Positions 11,836-26,300 of a stretch of DNA of 64,000 nt are shown piece by piece. Made by a program: the position numbers and the translations under genes. Position 1 is the stretch's first letter. Every line of letters starts with the position of its first letter. This stretch comes from Psilocybe cubensis (lineage: Eukaryota), in NCBI GenBank assembly GCA_017499595.2, contig CM039005.1, positions 2,046,001-2,110,000 on the forward strand, written 5' to 3'. The notes beneath the pieces were generated by a model. It worked only from the letters and a program-made list of their open reading frames with translations. It searched no databases and was not told the origin of the DNA.

Positions 11836-12618
11836 GTTTCACTGGAGGGACGCAACTTATGATACAAGTAGAGGAGATGTCAATGCGATAGCCTACAGTT
11901 TTGCAGATACATGACGCTGGTGGCCCTTCAAGCTTCAAGCTGTGAAAAGTTAGCTACTAGAAGCAGTACACGTGAGGAACAGCCTATCAGTCGAGGCTCG
12001 AAATGGACGTAGACCATAATCCACTTGCCAGATGAAATCAAACCTGGGACATTAACATTGCTCTGAGACCAAGCTGTGATATTTGTCGACTTTTCTCCGC
12101 AGAAAATGACTACATATTGAAGTCGGTACATCTCCGATTTTAAGAGTTGACCAGGTCAGATTTTGGTAAGTCTGCTCAATAAGCCTAATGGTTTACTTCG
12201 AGTGGTTGGAAAACAGTATCGGTGCCATATATTCGTTTTTGATCATGTCCCGCATGTTACCACTAAACACCCTTCAACGTGCTTAAACGTTCGGCAACAA
12301 AGAGCACAAGTTAGGGTGGTATGAACCGCAAAAACGACAGATAGGGAGAACGCATGATCCCCTAAGGGCTGTACATAAATTCAACACTGACCTAAATTTT
12401 CTTTAGTCATCAAGCCCGACTTGCCCTATCTGTCTGATGAGGGCCGGATGCAACTCTCAGCTGAAGGTCTACGATTTGACGGGGATAAAATGAATGAACA
12501 CCAGACAGCCATTGTACCTGTAATTTTGGACGAATTCAGTCGACAGATGATGTGCAGATGCAAATAAATAGGACGCACCGCACACCCGTGTTGATCTGGA
12601 AGGATACAGTCATACGAC

Positions 12619-13822
12619 TCAATCACTGGAGTAGAGTTCAAATTCCCAAGGACCCTTTTGACTTGGCCCGCCTTCTCCGAACCAGATCCTCCGAAGACGA
12701 CAGTTCGCGTACACACGAACGTATGAGACGTGTGAATAGGTCCCGCTAGGGATAGAGGCCGGTGCGGTAGTGTTCGGACGCGAACTCGAAGCCCACTCAT
12801 GGGACTTCGTGTCTTCCTCAGTGTCTTCTTGATCAATATCTTGCATGGAGCGAAGGGCGGGCGAGGAGAAATACGGAAGAAGGGAAGGGAAGTGGATGTC
12901 GATGGTGCTCCATAGAGTTAAAAGATGCGTCGAATCAGGGGGAAATGACAGGGGAAGCAGAAGCAAGGGTGGTGATCGTGAATGTTGGTCGATTTTTAGA
13001 CACGGTTTGTTCTGCAAGGACATCTCAGTTAGACTTTTTTGAAACGCAAAAAATAGACCATAAAATTTTGAAAGTACGTCTCTTGATATCAATCAAGATA
13101 AGAGTGTTGTTGTAAAGAAGTGACACCAGTAGTCATATAGGAGAATCGCAAAAGAACCATGGAGGATCAAAGGTATTGCCAGATCTGCAGGAACAAACAA
13201 CAATCATTCTAGGAGCCAGATACGTGTCCATTTCAGTTTGTTTTCTTCTCTTTCGCAAAAAATCGCAGAGAATACAAGGAGAAGTAGGTGATACTGAAGA
13301 CTTTTCGTGCATAGCGTGTTCAATATTCAATATTCAATATTCAATGTTCACCTGAAAAGTAGACAAACGGATGGTACCGGACCGCCCTGCATGATCCACG
13401 ATGCCAACTTCGACAGACCATTCCCTTGCCAAGTTGCGTACCTGGAGGTGCATCCAAGGATGTCTGATCCCCAAGCCACCAGGTCGGTCATGCTTCCCAA
13501 TGTCACCATAAGGAGCAAGAATTGGTGGGCATTGAATGTACGTAGTTCGGATCGTTGGTGATTGAATATGAAGAACGGTTTGGTCAAGCTGCACACCATG
13601 ATCTGGAGAATCTTCCTGTTCTGTTGCGTCACTGACTGTTGGCAGTTTAAGAAGCACCCTTGGGGATTCAGGAAGCGGGGAAGAAAGCCGGTCGTGAAGA
13701 AAGTGGATGAAAGAATCAGCAAGCAGAGTCTGATCGGTAGCTGAACTGAACAGAGTCAATGGGTCGGAGCTTGTGGATGAGAAGAGAGAGATGATAGAAG
13801 GCTGCACTGTAGATAGTAGCAT
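12619..13822 (-). CDS. CFAP20: CFAP20/BUG22 (DUF667, CFA20 domain) homolog; exons 13822-13352 and 13011-12619
   Basis: VQPSIISLFSS...DPL, VLHIQSPTIRTTYIQCP, LGIRHPWMHLQVRNL...EVGIVD, IRLSTFQ and VRVYANCRLRRIWF...PWEFELY match the CFAP20 pattern. The GT-AG intron 13351-13012 joins the exons in frame. Confidence 0.85.
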
Positions 13823-16800
13823 TTGAATATAGGTTTAATCCAACGAGTTGTGCGGATTGTACAGGGAGAAATTTTCGCGTTTTCGAATCTGAAGTAGTTC
13901 AACAAACCTGAGATTGCCAGCGTTGAAAACTTTGCAGGTCTCGGACTTTCGGCAATCAATGAGCCGGTGTTTGGGTTTTGCTTTCAAACCAAATAGTAGA
14001 TATGTTCGGCTTTCGCCGTCAACGTTTGGAACTTCAACTGGAACCAATTCTTAAGTCAAAACTAGTAATCAGGACTCGGAGAGCGCCAATATACATTTAA
14101 CCGGTTGAAATACCTAATTCTCTAAGATTTACACTATATACAGTGGTTGTTGTATAGAAAATTCGGGGTTTAATATGGCTTCTACTCCGGGATCACTGAC
14201 ACCCAACGGGTCACCCGCCATTCGCAGCGGCTGGAGAATCTTTGACGAACCTCATGGAATCCCTGTCCTCTCGGGCTCTAGAATTTAATGAATTTTTAAC
14301 GGCTCACTTGAAATGACATCAGATCTGGTAGATGCGTTGCATTCGCAACATGATCCGCCCTCTGTCTGTCAAGTCATACCAGAAATCTGATACGGACACG
14401 CATGAGCACATTCTTCCATCTCCATATGAAATACTTGAACAGAAATTATGACTGTTATATTGAATTAAACCGCTTTTATGACACTATTTGTAGTCAATGG
14501 AAGAGTTGACACCGGGTGAAGGTTGTCCATCCTCTCATGCTCCGATGGGATATGACGTCAACAACCAGGTACAATAATTTCAGAGAGTGGAAGGTAAAGT
14601 AATTCACGGATTACATCTTATACATACTGACAACCTAGCAAGTATTTTAAGTGCACCCCTATGAGAACGCATTGTTCTCGTATTGGCCTGATAAACAATC
14701 TGAGATTCATCTATAGATCCGATTTTTTGACCGGAGGTGACCCCTAAGCGCCTCCTTTCTATATGCTAACTTTCAACGCTGATACACTAGCAGAGACCAC
14801 TGGGGTATAGATGGGTTCTGGCAAAGAGCCTTTAGCAAGAACCACCCGTGTGGTGATGTAGTCGTTTGTATTCAAGGTTAAGTCGATATTTATGATTTAC
14901 TAACCCTATAGTCACTTGGTTAGCCTCATTTCCTAGAGAGCATCCTAATTACCTGTAAGCCCAACAGGAGTCTTAAATATGACTAGGATTTGCTTATGAT
15001 ACTGGTTTGACAAGAGGATGCGCTTGCTGACTACCCTGGTTCTTCTCCCGAAGGTTTAGAACTACACTAGCACGTATGACTGGATAAAAAGTCAAGTTGT
15101 ATAATTAACTAATGAAGATACCAGAGGAACTATGCGCTGCTACTACTACATGTGCTTTAGAGGTACTGGAACCCACCTCACGAGATAATTCCAGATGGGA
15201 ACATAGGGGATGCCAGGCAGCTTTTATCTAGTCATTGCCACTAAATAGCGATACAGATTAAAATCTGAGCTCCTACGAAGCATTTTGGAGACTTGATTAA
15301 ACAAGAGGGGTACATAGTATTGGAGCAATTTGACACTATCTCCGTGATAAAGGTATGGACAGTGCCATAGGTGATGCGCCACGCGGGATAACGAAGTTCA
15401 ATCTGAGCTTAAATCATTTCATCTCCGTTTTGAACTTCAAATTATTCACCATTTGCTTTTCTTTGTCATGAGACGAGCACCACGCCAATGCAATTTATCG
15501 GAGTCCCCGGTCCTCTGAGAGGTTAAAACCGCTCAAAACACAGTGTCTCATGATGATCAATTACGGTATGCCTATTGAGTTAAACTGCGAGTGGGTGCGA
15601 GGGGGTATTGATGAGGTTGGACCCGAGGGTACAAACACGCCACTATCTCTGTTGTAACATAACAAAGCACATTCAGGCATACCTAAAAAACGTCTGAACT
15701 GCTCGCCGTCTATTCTGCCAAATAGAAAAACGCCTTAGAAGATAGATGACCCAATGTCTTTTTTTTTAGTTCATGAAAACTATCACCCTTCTTTTCACAG
15801 AAAGAAACTATAGACCATGCTTTAAACACATATGAAATGGGCCCTGGTTGTATTTTTTGTTTCAATGGTAGCTATACATACACCTGAAATCTTGATCGCC
15901 GTTGGCTTCTAGTCAGGTTTTTGTGGCCTGGTTTTATACACATAGACGAGCTTGATGGACATCTGTCACACAACTCGCGACGGTCATCACAAATGGCTCA
16001 GCTGACCGCTGTTAATGCGCTCGAAAGGGCATATACAGTGCCTTTTCTCTTACACTTGATATCCCGGACACACACAAGAAAAAAAGATTTACCAACGTTA
16101 TTCGCAACCTTGCGTCCCGAGGTTCAGAGCCGCTGTATGCCTAGAATGCCGGCGGTAAATGGTTAAATGAACAGATTTGACAGCTACCTTTATGCACGTT
16201 ATCGGCGTACACTACATCGATCGCAGAAACTCGCATGTATATCAAACGTCCATGTCCATGCCGGAAACGACAAGTCAAAAAAGCGACTCTTTCGGTCGAC
16301 TGGTCAGACACCTTGCAAAAACGCCCATGGTGCCCTATTTTTCTCCCCCACCAACCAACCAACCCCAGATCCCGCCAAGTTGACGGTTTATACCAAGCTG
16401 AATGGAAGAGGGCCGTACCCTCGACGTACATTATTATAATAGCGATACGAGTTTCAATAGGGAGGGTCTTATATCGAGCCCCCCGCGCGTTGTTCACGCT
16501 GGACGGCGAGTGCCCTTGCAGACTGTATGAAAAAGCTTATATCACACCTATTTTTGTCCGGGCATTTCAGCGCGGATTAGGCTCAACCCCACCAATTGGA
16601 AGCCGCCCCTTCTTGTCGCAACAGACAGCAAGGTTAAGTCACAAGTGTATCATGACTCACACCTGGACAATTTGTGATGTGTGCCCCTCTTGCTCAGTCT
16701 CAGCCTTCGAGGATATTAATAAGGTGCCGTAGGCGACCTGTGGTATGTGTACCCCAGAACTCTTTTTTTGTGTTTCCGCAGGTGACGAGAATGTCGTGTA

Positions 16801-17399
16801 CTATCTCACTGCGTGCGCTCTCAGGTCGACGGTGGAAAACCGAAAAACCTACGACGACATTCTCTCAGGAATAGACCTTCGACCCTGGTTGATCTGGGCT
16901 TGTATACACACGCTCTTATGAGATGTTCAGGCTCTTTTCGTGCTCCAAACCGAGCCCAAGGTTACTGAGTACATAACAGAGCCTTACTCCTGGTTTTCAA
17001 TGGCTACACACGCCCGTTTGAGGCTCCTTGGATGAGCGTACTATGTTTCTACGTCGATCAAACCCGCATTGAATTCATCCAGAACTGAACTAATTTCCCG
17101 AAAGTGTCTAGTAGTCCGCCCATCGAGTCCAAAAACCAGCCTCTTGGTCTCAAACAGGTTCCCTGTCCAGACGCACTGCTACTTGCAAGTCAATTTAGAC
17201 TGTTAGTCCCAACCATCATTTTTGAGTTCCTTCATGTACTAACCAAATACAAGTAGTAGTGGTATACGCGGCACTTTATTTTTATATCACAGCACAAGCT
17301 TACTGCGTCTATACGACAAGAACCAGAATCACGAATCCAGCCAAAATTTAAACTTCCACTTGAAACATCCAATACATCCATTTACAACAACAATTACAA

Positions 17400-20300
17400 T
17401 GAAAATGACAATGACATTAAACTTAGTACAACTGTCATACTTCCTTTCTCCCCCACAACGCTCTGTTTTTGAGTTTTGTGGCTCGGTCGGTGCAGTGGTT
17501 CTGTGGCGTATCCGAACTTGGGCCCGACAGACGGTGATTATATTATTATTATTATTATTGAAGCTTGTCAATGATGCTTGAAGAGATTTAAACTGATGGT
17601 CCAATGAAGCGTGAAGTGTGAAGTAGAGGATTAATCCGAATAGACGTGCTCTGAGTTGATACGGTTGGTTTAATATAACTTTCTTACATTTAGACGCGTG
17701 CCTCAGACTCAGACTCCAGGGTCAGCACGAGTGTCAGTGTCGAACGTCAGGGTCGAGCGTCGAGAGATGAATTTGAATTTGAATTTGATTTACAAGACAA
17801 TACACTCTCGCTCTCACTCTCAGTTCCATAGACTGATATCAACCGATCTTCACTTTCAGCACGGAACTGGCACCAGACAATTCACTCTCAAATGAAAATC
17901 AAATCATCCGAGTCGAGCGCTAAATCGTCAAATTAAACGCTTCTTCAGGGATCAAAACCTTCCATGTTCTATGATCCATATGCATGCTCCATCACCCATT
18001 GAGCTAACTTCACAGCAACCAACCAACGTACCAACGTACCAACGTACCAGCCAGCCAACTTAGCACACTACGTACCTACTTTACCGCCGGAACGGAGACT
18101 GCAACGGAGACGGAGACGGGAATGGGAGGGAGAACGTGGGCGGCGTCTGACACCACACACCACACACCACACACCACACACAACAAGACATCACTCTCAC
18201 TCTCACTGGCATCTCACTGACATCTCCCGGCGCAGATATGACAAGCTATGACAAGCAAGCAAGGTATCCGTTTCCGAGTCGGTAACTCTGCAAGTCGGAC
18301 TTCAAACTGCACCATAAAGGAGAATAGAAGAGTAGAGAAGAGAAGAGAAATCAGAGAATAGAAGAGAAACAGAAGAGAAGGATGGGAGAAGGATGGGATG
18401 GGAGAAGACAGCGACAACACCGTGTACACCGGACATTGCGTAGTTAATTGCTAATCGTTAAACGTTCAGGTTCGGCTGCTCTTTTTTCTTTCTTTCTTTT
18501 AATTTTAATTACGACTCCATCGGATCCACGAAGACGAAGGCGAAGGCGAAGGTCGAAAACTTAAAAGCAAGGTTGGGTTGGGTTGATCCGACGATTCCGA
18601 GACGTGATCATGATACACAACGCAACTCGCCAATTTGTTGAGTGCGAGTCTAAGTCTGAATGCGAGTCTGAATTTTTTAATTCGGATGTCACCGCAATGC
18701 CAATGCCAATGCCAACGCCGATGCTGTGAAATTGGAAACGAAAGGTTCGGGGAAGAGTGTACTGTATCCAATCAATTAATATGAGTATGAGTAGGATAAG
18801 ATCCCAAGTGTTAATGAGCGCTTATTTATAGTTGAGTGATATAGTTGTGGTATGGCTCACAGTGCAACTGGCTGGCTTTTCCGTTCCTTCTTCACAAAAA
18901 AATACAAAAAAGAAAATAAAAGAAAGAAATAATCAGAGTGTCCTTAATCCCTAAACCAACCCCGAATCCAAATCCAAACACAACACAAATCCAATCCAAA
19001 GATCAACCCGCCCCAAATTCCCGTACCACGGCCACAGCCACGACCACGCCCATTGACACGCCCATTGACACGGCTACTTAAAAACTGTATCTCATTCTAA
19101 TTCCAAGTTCCCAGTTTCCTCTATCCCAAGTTCTAAATCAAAACCAAAACCAAACCTAAACCAGGTCTAAATAAGTCACTTCCAATCAGCCCCAGAGTCT
19201 CCAGATTCCAGCCTACTGCATGGCATGGTTAAATTTGAAATAGCTTGGAGTGCTTGAGTGTCGACTACTGGTACTTGTCGCGGTCCTGGTTTCTGGTCAT
19301 AGTCCTGGTTTCTGGACATGACATGACAGGACCGGACAGGACATGACAGGAGAGGAGAGGAGAGGAGAGGACAAGGACCTGGATTGCGGTTTACCGTTTA
19401 CCGTTTACCGTTTGGTAGTTTGTACTAGTGGTTTTATTAGTTTTGAACCTTAAACTTGCACTTGGATTTGCACCTGCACTTGGAGATCGACGTGGACTTG
19501 GAGCTGCACTCGAAGTTGGACTTGGGCCAGTAATCTGGTGGTTCTACAGAGCAGGCATTAAATATTAAATTTTTAAACCGGCATACTAGTAGCAATGACA
19601 ATGGATGATATGGATATGACTAGAGTGAAATCGCAGTATATAGTAAAATTTCCGGGTAGTTTATCATATCCCTATCCTATCCTATCCTACCCTACACTAA
19701 TCTATCCGGTATAATTCTACAGTACAGTACAGCAGTACATCACCTCGATCCAAACTCTAACGCCAATTGCTTTCAACTCTAATCGTAATTGTAATCGTAA
19801 TTGTAGTTCGCTACGGATACACTCAAAAAGCCTCTTTACCTTGTATCTTCATGTAACCCGTAACTTGAAAAGGTTTAAAGAGCAGCTAACAGCTAGGTTA
19901 GCAGCAGCAGCGCGCACGTCGGAATGAGCGGCGTGGGCAGGTTTCTGTCCGTGTCCGTGTTCCTTTCCGTGTTTATGTCCGTGTCCCTCTGAGCTGGTAA
20001 TTCAGATATTCAACTCCAGCTCAATATCCAGGCACACAATCCAGTCCGCGTCCGCGTCATGATCATGTCCTGCGGGGTCAATAGGTGTAACTGTAACTGT
20101 AACTGTAACATAATGACATATTGCCAAAAATGCAAAAATAACACCACAAAAAGGAGCGAAAAAGAAGAAAAAGGAAGGAAAAGAACTTGAAGAAAAAGGA
20201 GAAAAAGGAGAAAAGAGACGGAGATACGGTTAAACTCTAATTATTAAATACCCTCCCTTCCCATCCCACACCCACTGACACAGTGAGAGCTCAGGTTCGT

Positions 20301-23300
20301 CTCGTCTCGTCTCGTCTCATCTCACTCTGTCAGGCTGTGCTGGTAATGGTGCTGGGAGGATAAATGATGTTATCATATCGACTCATAATAAACCCATGTA
20401 CCCACCTACACCCATCCACACTCAACCACACCCATTTATTCACCCACACACCCACATCTATCCACACGCCTACTCACACATCTATCCACACACCTTACGC
20501 ACACACCCACACAACGGACACCCACTCCCGCCCGCCTGCCTGCCACAATGGCTCAACCCACCTCCTTCTCCCTTGTTACTATGCTATGCTATGATTAGCA
20601 CCGTTAATTCACCTTGATATTCGGTTCAAAGACAAAAGCAAATTTAAGCAAAAACAAACGCACACGCAAACGCAGAAGCAAACGCAAAAAATAAGTAAAG
20701 GCAAAGGAAAATGTAAATCCAAATGTAAATGTGAATGCGACCGATAATTTTCCTACTCGGACACGACGACAGAGCAATATTGACTACTGTCATTCTTCCG
20801 CTCCCGCTTCTGTCCTTCCACCACCAGCAGCGCCACCAGCACCAGCATCAGCAGCAGAAGGGAGAGGAGGGGGAGGAGGAGGAGGAGGCGACGAGAGAAA
20901 TATTCGATGATACATAGCGGGAGCACCACCAATCCCCAATCCCAAGCCGTCAGATTCCAGTGAGAGTGAGAAACACAAATCAAAACCCAAACCCAAACCC
21001 AAAAAGCAGTGCACATTAAAAGAGCAGATCTATCTAACAAGTCCATCATAGTGATAGTGATAGTGATAGTCATACACAAAGGGGCTAGTTGGTGCACTCG
21101 ATTATCTAGTATCTATACTATCTCACGAACTCACACTGGGAGTGGGACGATCAAGCTCAAGTCCGGAGCAAAAGGACAACAGACAACAGACGGTAAACGG
21201 ATGAAATCCTAGCTGTACGCGGGCTCGTCTAAGATCCCGGGGTGGGATAGGATGGGACGAAGGGGTGCGCCAAAGAACGGGAAGAGGGGGATAGCGGAGA
21301 TTGAAAGATCACGCGGTGGCGTATGTTGTGGATCCCTACCTTGCGGTGAACCCAAATGCGGATGAGGGAGGGAGGGGGTGAGTCGCATGTCCTCAAATAC
21401 TTGCCTTGCCAGTTTAAATCGCAATCGCAATCGCAATCGTAAATCGCAGATCTGTCTTGTTAAATCCTGAAAGAGACAATGATCCTCGGTGCGAGAGAAG
21501 AAGAAAAGAAAAAAAAAAGAGTAGGAGGTTTGGAATATACATTGTACACTGTTCTCTGTTCTCTTTAAATCCCGGTAAATGATATCTTGTGTGAACCCCC
21601 TCCCTCCATGTCCCATGTCTTTTCGCAGCAGCCCTTCTATCACAACGAGCACAACTCCCCCTGGCCACTCTACTTTCCACCCTCCTACGCCTTTCGCACT
21701 TCTCCCAATCGCGACCCATCCCCTGCATCAGACTATGCCTCCGACCCCGCTCCATCCACATCTCCCACCTCCGCCTCTGTGCCCGCCCCCGTGCCCGTCT
21801 CCCATCCAGCAGTCAAAATCGAACCCGACGACCCAGACACCCGCTTCATCATCGAGCTCTCCTCCCTCTACCCCTCCCCCTCCCCCTCCCTCCCCCTCTC
21901 CCACCCTGCATCCCCCTACCAACATCAACACAACCACCAACAACCATGCTCCTCCCTGCACACCCTCGCCCCACCCACAGAGGTCCCCCTGCGCGCCACC
22001 CAAGCAAGCAAAGAGATGCGCGAGATGATGGGTGTATTCCGGCTCAACCCCTTCTCCATGCACAGTCTCAGCGTCAACTCCAACTCGACGGAAGGGAGCG
22101 AGAGCCCTGTTGGTTCAGATGGCACCAAACACACCAACGCGGCATGGGGCGGCGAAGCCCACCCGCTCGAGGAGGAGCCGTTGATGTTCGAGTTCCAGCT
22201 CGATATCACCGGCCCAGCTCAGGATGGAGATGCAGCGACAGAGGACACCATCACCACGCCCTCCTCCGCACTCACCGAGCGCAAACACGACCTCCTCCTC
22301 CCCGGCCCCATCCCCATCCCCGTCCACGCCCCGTTCCACCTCCGCGAGACGCCGGACCTCACACTCACCCTCACAGACCACCTGCAACTGCGCAGCTTCT
22401 CCCCCAGCTTCTCCTTGCACCCCGACGATCCGTACGACGATCTGTACGACGACGACGACCGCGACCGCGACATCTCTTTGTCCAGGTGCGATAGGAGACG
22501 AAGGTCTGTCGCGCGTGGTTCCGACGCAGGGTACCCCGAGCGGGGTAGGGAGGGAGGGAGAGACGAGCTGCATGAGGATGACCACGAACGCGAAGCCACC
22601 AGCGCGAGCACAGGAATAAGCACCTCAACGACGCGCTCCGTGCACACACCATCATGCACCGACAGCCCGCTGCGCGCGCATGGTGTCTACGAGCACGAGC
22701 ACGACTTGGGGCACGAGCGCGAGCGCGAATTGGGGCACGGGCACAAGCACGAGCGCGAGTTGGAACTTGAGTACGAGTATGAGCGCGAGCACAGGTATGA
22801 GTACAAGCTCAAGCGCGAGTACGAATACGAGCACGAGTCGGAGCGAAAGCACGAGAGGTACAAGGGACCAATCTCGAGCTCGAGCTCTCCCGCGTCGCCT
22901 TGGGATGCCTCGGCCTCGGCCTCCACCTCGCACTCCTCTACAGCCTCGCACTCATCCGTCTCCTCCGCCTCCGCCATGCACGAGCAGTATCAGCAGCAGC
23001 ATAGCATGTTTGTCGACAACCAGCATCAAGCATTTTCCACAGGCAGCGCAGGCGCCGGTGTCGTACCAATGCTCGGGATAGAGTACGCGCACGCCCACCA
23101 AAATGCACATCCTCATGCGCATGCGCACGCACACCAACACCAAAACGCGCACCACCAAAACGCGCACCAGACGAATGTAACGCTGACACCGATGCGTATC
23201 CAAAGACTCCACACCAGTAAGCCTATTTTTCGTACTTCCGCAATTTATTTTTTTTTTGTTCTCTTTCCTTGTTTTTTTTTTTTTTGGTTTTTTTTTTGGT

Positions 23301-26300
23301 TTCGTTTCTTGTTTTTCGCATACGAGCAGCTAGCTGACTATCTTTTCATGGATTTTTTTTTTCACGGTTTACAGCCGCGTCGCATCCGTATTTGAGGAAG
23401 AGTTTGCATCATTATCAGCAGACGCATGGGCATGGGCATGGTGTTTCGCTTTCGTATGCACAGCAGCAGCAGCAGATCCAGTGCCAGGGTCAGAGTCAGA
23501 GTCCGATCCAAAGCCAGAGCCAGAGCCAGAGTCCGAGTCCTAGCCATACACAGCAGCAGCACAACCAGAGCCAGAGTCCAAGTCAGGAGTTCGCGCAACA
23601 CCACCAGCAGCAGCATTCCCAGCACCAGCAGCATTCCCAGCACCAGCAGCATTCCCAGCATCTACATCATCATCATCAGCATTCTCATTCTCAGCAGCAG
23701 CAGCACCAGCATATATTTAGCTCGGACTCCAATGTCAACGGCGGAGGTGGGCAGTCGCAGTCGCAGTCGCAGCCGTTCAGATACATCAGGCGTATGCGCG
23801 GGGAGAGCCAGAGCGAGAGTCAGGCCCACACCCAGAGCCAGAGCCAGAGTCAGGAGTTTGAGGACGGGTATGAGAACGGGTACGAGTACGAAGAGCCGTC
23901 GTTGGGATCTCTCGGGCTGCAGTTGCAGTTGCCTTCGCAGCTACCTTCGCAGGTGCAGATGCCGCTTTCGTTGGGGTTGGCTTCACAGTCTGGTTTGGCT
24001 TCGCAGTCGGTGTTACCTTCCCAGGCGGGGTTACCGCTGAGGGTGTACACGCCGAGTAACGCGAGTAATGCTGGTTCGGCTAGTCCTAGTGTCAGCGCCG
24101 GTGTCGGTGTCAGCGCTAGTGTGGGTGTGGGGGCGGGCGGTGATGGTAGTGCGTATTCGACCGGTTCGACGGTTGCGACTTCGACGAGTTCGACGACTGG
24201 AATGACGGGGGCTGGGATAGGGGCAGCGGGAGGAGGAACAGGGGCGGGGACGGGATCAGCGGGAGGAGGAACGGGGACGGGGTCAGCTGGAACAGGGTCA
24301 GCAGCAACAACGGGAACAGCAGCAGGAGGAGGAGGAGGAGGAGGAGGAGGAGGAGGAGCGGGAACATCAGGAACAGCAGAGGTAAGCCCAACTTTTTGCT
24401 TTTTCTTTTTTCTTTATCCCTTGGGGATGAGATGAGTTGTTTGGAGTAAAGATTGAAATGAAATTGAAACTGACGGGATGTTTTTTTTGCATTTCCGTTT
24501 GCTTTCTCTTTCTTTTCCGTTTGCTTTTCTGTCTCCTTTCTCCTTCGACGTTCGACTTTGACCGTTTCCAACCCGTTCGCATTCTCATTCCCATCCCTTC
24601 ATTCATTCATTCACTAGACGATCCATATGGGTTTGCCGTTGACTTCTGTGCAGCAATTTCACCTGCACCATCCGCACCAGCATCCTCATCCTCATCCGCA
24701 CCAGCACCACCAGCACCAGCATCCGCACCAGCACCATCCTCATCCGCATCAGCAGCAGCAGCAGCATAACCCGCACCTCAATCACACATACGCACATACA
24801 CATACACATCCTCATACACATCAGCATGCGAATACGCAGCATGGAAGCGTGTATAGACGGTGGTCGTTACCCGACACAGGCATAGGTTCGGGTTCAGGCG
24901 GGGGTGTGGGCGCTGGAGTGGGCGCTGGAGTAGGGATCGTTGAGGGTGTGGGACATGGCGGGATGGGTTTAGGTCTGGGTTTGGGTTTGAATCTAGGTCT
25001 AGGGCTGGGTTTAGTGGGTGTGGGTGTGGGTTTGGGAAGCGGTGCTGGAGGAGGAGGTGCTGGTGGGCATGGGAATGGGAATGGGAGTGGTGGCGGGAAT
25101 GTCGCGTCGTTTTTGAGCAGTTAGCTTGTTGGTTTTTGCGTGTTGGGGGTTGGGGTGTTGGGTTTTTTTTTGCTTTTGCTTTTGCTTTTGTCGCTGTTGT
25201 CGTCGTCGTTGTCGTTGTTTTGATTCTGCTTTGTGTTTGTCTTTTGATTTTGCATTTTTTTGTTTTTTTTTTTTGTTTTTTTTGGAGGTGGGGTGTATAG
25301 GATATGGGATATGGGATACAGTGAGATATGGTGTATAGGGGAGTCGGGTGTAGATGTTTCAGTATCCGTGTCGGTGTCGGTGTCTGTGGAGGAGCTGCGT
25401 GGGCGTGGGCGTGGACGTGCGTGCATGTGGGCGGGTAGGTGCGGGAGTGTAAGCGGGAAGAGGGAAGGAGGAAGGGAAGAGAAAACAGGAGTTTTGTTAT
25501 CGCATTGTATCGCACATTGTATTGTAATTTGTCACATACATACACATACATATACACTTACACTTATACATGTACACTTAAAGTTACAGTTATACATGTA
25601 GACATAATTTTAAATTTTTTTTTTGGTGTACCGACACTGCGTAACATAAAAATTTTTGAGCCTCCTTTTTGTTGGTGGGATGGAATTTGGGTTTGAGTTT
25701 AGATTTTGAGTTTTGAGTTGTACTTGATGCATGATGAGTTGCTGAGGGAAAGTAGCTGCGTTATACTATGATCTACACGTACATCTTTCAATCGTTTTTT
25801 TCTGTTTCTTTGGGTAACACAGAAGCGTAAAGCTGGTTGACATTGCATCGCATTGTCCACCAGAAATTAGAAATTAGAAATTTCCAGAAGCGGAAGGTGA
25901 ATTGCCGGACCCACAATCTCATTCTCGTGCCACATGGGCAATGGCCCCTTTTGCAAATTACAAATTGCATTCCTCCGGCGTCGTTAATTTGTAATATTCC
26001 AGTTGTCACATATCTCTCTATTTCGATATTCAATATTTCTGTATTTCCATATTTCCATATTTCTGTACTTTTTTATTTATTGATTTTTTCAAATTTTCTT
26101 CCGGTTTTTTGATTGTTTTTCAACGTTTTGTGTGACCGAGATTTTTAAACTTTAAACTTTAAACTCTAATTAAGGGGTTTACTGTATAAACTCTGGGCGT
26201 AAGACGTCGATGCGCTGTTTCGCGCGGTTGGCACCGTTCACTTCACTTGTACTTGCACTCGCACTCGCACTTGCGCTTTGTCTGATTTGCCTCATAAAGT

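Noticed and set aside
15840..17050. Weak recurring CCTGGTT...TACAC words and short ORFs, possibly a TE remnant
   Set aside because: The similarity is too short and degenerate, and no termini or TSD were found.
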